DNA from: Raillietiella orientalis
Lineage: Eukaryota
DNA: 64,000 nucleotides
NCBI GenBank assembly: GCA_036172245.1
Contig: JAYWIR010000028.1
Location: forward strand, 2,108,001 to 2,172,000
Direction: 5' to 3'
In this document: piece after piece, positions 61,880 through 64,000 of the stretch
How positions within the stretch are numbered: the first letter of the stretch is position 1
How the letters are laid out: each line of letters begins with the position of its first letter
The notes under the pieces: model-generated
The model's input: the letters and a program-made list of their open reading frames with translations, nothing else
The model's database searches: none
What the model was told of the DNA's origin: nothing
Translations under genes and position numbers: made by a program

Positions 61880-63944
61880 GCATGCGGTTTTGGCTCTCCA
61901 TTGTGGTTCCTCGTTTAGACGAGAACTGAGGCCGCCTGTGCGAACAGCCTCCTCTTTGAAGCAGATGGCCGTTCCGAAGGCAGCGTTGGTTCACGCCGAA
62001 CCACATCTGTGGAGCAGATAAATCCCACTTCCTATCGTCCACCAGGTTGAGCTGCTAGGAATGTCATTGACTTGGCGCCGTCCCATGAGAAATTCAGGGA
62101 ACGGCGGCACGGGGGTCCAGAACAACTTCTAACACTGCTGGTGGACTCGGAGGTCCTTCATTTACAAATGTCACGAGGATGGAAACTCCCAATTCACGTG
62201 CCATCACGAAATGTGCGGAGACTTCATTGAGATGCCAGTGAAAACAACATCCCAATGCTCTCCGCATCTACCCTGTGTCTCTTGGCCTCCCCTGGCCCCC
62301 CTTTTCTCCCTTTGCCCTCACCTGTTCTTCTTTGTTTTGTTTTAATCGCTTCCAATATTACGAGAATGACCAATTTTTCATATCTGTTCCGGTAATGGGG
62401 CTGCACCTGGAGGCCGGCTTGCCCTACAATGCCTCACATTTTACGGAACCTATTACCAGATTTGATAAAGCCCAAGCAGTATCCGTGGGACCGACTCGAC
62501 TCTGACGATTTCGCAGATGGGGTTCTCGCCTTCTTGCTTTGCTGCATCCTCTTCGCTTGCTCCTCCACACGAGGGATCCGATGGATCCTATGCGAGAACT
62601 CGGGAAGCACGGAAGTTGCAGGAGCTCGCTTCATTTGTCAGTGGGGATCAAGATAAGAAGGGAGCGTGGGCGAGCACCCACTGCGAATGGTAAGCCTCCT
62701 TCAAACTGGAGCTTTCGTGGACCGCTACGCAGGGCTGCAGTCAGAGAGGCGGAGTCTGGCTCTGCGTTCCATCCAGGCCTTTCCATCGTCCTTCGCCTGC
62801 AATCCCGCTCCTTCCAGAAGGACGCTCCAGCTGAAGCGACACCTGACTGCGACGATGGGTGAGGGAGAAATGCAGGTTTCATGCGTTCTCGATGAGACGC
62901 CAGAATGGCAAGAATGAGCTGCTTTTGCAAGAGGCAAACTCGCCCTTTCTTTAGCTTTGACCACACAGGTTACGTCCAGAGACGCTTTCTGGAATGGGGC
63001 GTGATCTCAGCATCTCGTCAAGGTTGATGAGACTGCTTATGGTTTCCGATCATCCCTTGGGCCTAGAAGCGAGAAGATGAATCAGGAGCGCTTTCTACAA
63101 GCGGCTTTCATCTCATGCGGTGGACGCTATTAGGGAGCTGTTCATTATCCTCTGTTCCTCCGGCTCTTCCAGCCATTCCTGTTCATCGCCATAGTGGCTG
63201 ACACCTGACGGCTCCATCAATGCGCATCCACTGTGCTGCATGATGGAGCGCACTGTTTCTCTTCTGAGGAGCTTCGTTGGCCCCTCAACGGGCTACGAGT
63301 ACAACCAATGCTTCTCACGGAAGCAGGTACCTCCTGAGGAAGAAGCGCAGAGTGAATCGGCATTGCATTCTCATCTCGCAGCCTCCTTCCCTCCACAGAG
63401 CTGCCGACGGTGTCTTTCAGAGGCGGATGACGCCAAATATCTGTTTTCTCCGAGCGCCAGTCCTGCCGGAACCTCGGATCATTTCCCAGTACGCGTCCAG
63501 CCGGAAGCCACCAAAACCCACTGTTTTTGCGGCATTCTTTCGATGCAGTCCGCCGGATCTACGTGTCTTCTGATGATGAATCAGGGGTTCCTTACTCGGT
63601 GATTGAAAATGTGTGGGAGCGGCTCTTCGAGAACCTCAGAACCTCCGCTGATGGGTGCTGCTCCCGACGTAAAAGTGGATCGATCAGCCCGCTCCAGGAC
63701 TCGCACCTCAGATGCGGAGTCGACTTTGGGAAACTGGACGTCCTTGCTCCAGAGGTGAAGAACGCGGAAGGAACAAAGGCATTTTCCGCAGCTCTGAGCG
63801 AGTCCGGGGAAACCACGTCCTGGAATGAACCCTTTGGGTGCAGAGCTCATCAGATCGAAACGTTCCGTGTCGACGGCACGCGAGTCGCAATGTCGACCTC
63901 TGTGGACGGCACGCTTTTTTCGCGTACCGCGTACTCCATCACTG
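61880..63944 (-). mobile_element. Degenerate hAT transposon with probable 5' terminus CAGTGATGG at 63944
   Basis: BED remnant CGKC/..RTSS...HL (~63795-63710), VWS (cf. D.WS), LDPR (~62119-62108), WW, PSASKRRLFAQA (61968-61931). The 5' end is shared with 25263-25363. Confidence 0.6.
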
Positions 63945-64000
63945 ACTACATAAAGTGCTCATTAAAGTTACTATCGCAACTGCTGATTTACACCACACCG

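Overview
This looks like eukaryotic (probably invertebrate animal) genomic DNA, not prokaryotic. I found no intact protein-coding gene, rRNA, true tRNA or CRISPR array, and most ORF-track entries appear spurious. The window is a nearly continuous mosaic of about 35 decayed, frameshifted, deletion-shortened transposon relics of 0.3-2.7 kb, separated by A/T tracts and microsatellites. Families recognised: hAT, MULE, piggyBac, Kolobok-like (THAP, P2X7-like, SWIM-YqaJ), Crypton-type tyrosine recombinases, rve integrases, R2-like, Utopia/NeSL-like and L1/Tx1-like non-LTR elements. All family calls come from motifs recognised by eye across frameshifts, with no database search, and boundaries are approximate (about +/-100 bp). 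Most notable: (1) a tRNA-headed SINE-like family with an internal array of ~44-bp UUCG-hairpin units and a structured 3' end (two near-full copies and one fragment); (2) five Crypton-like tyrosine recombinase relics, one of them head-to-head with an O-fucosyltransferase-like fragment between 20-bp direct repeats and ~0.5 kb from a perfect double palindrome; (3) a 1.5-kb frame-preserving composite minisatellite inside a MULE catalytic domain.
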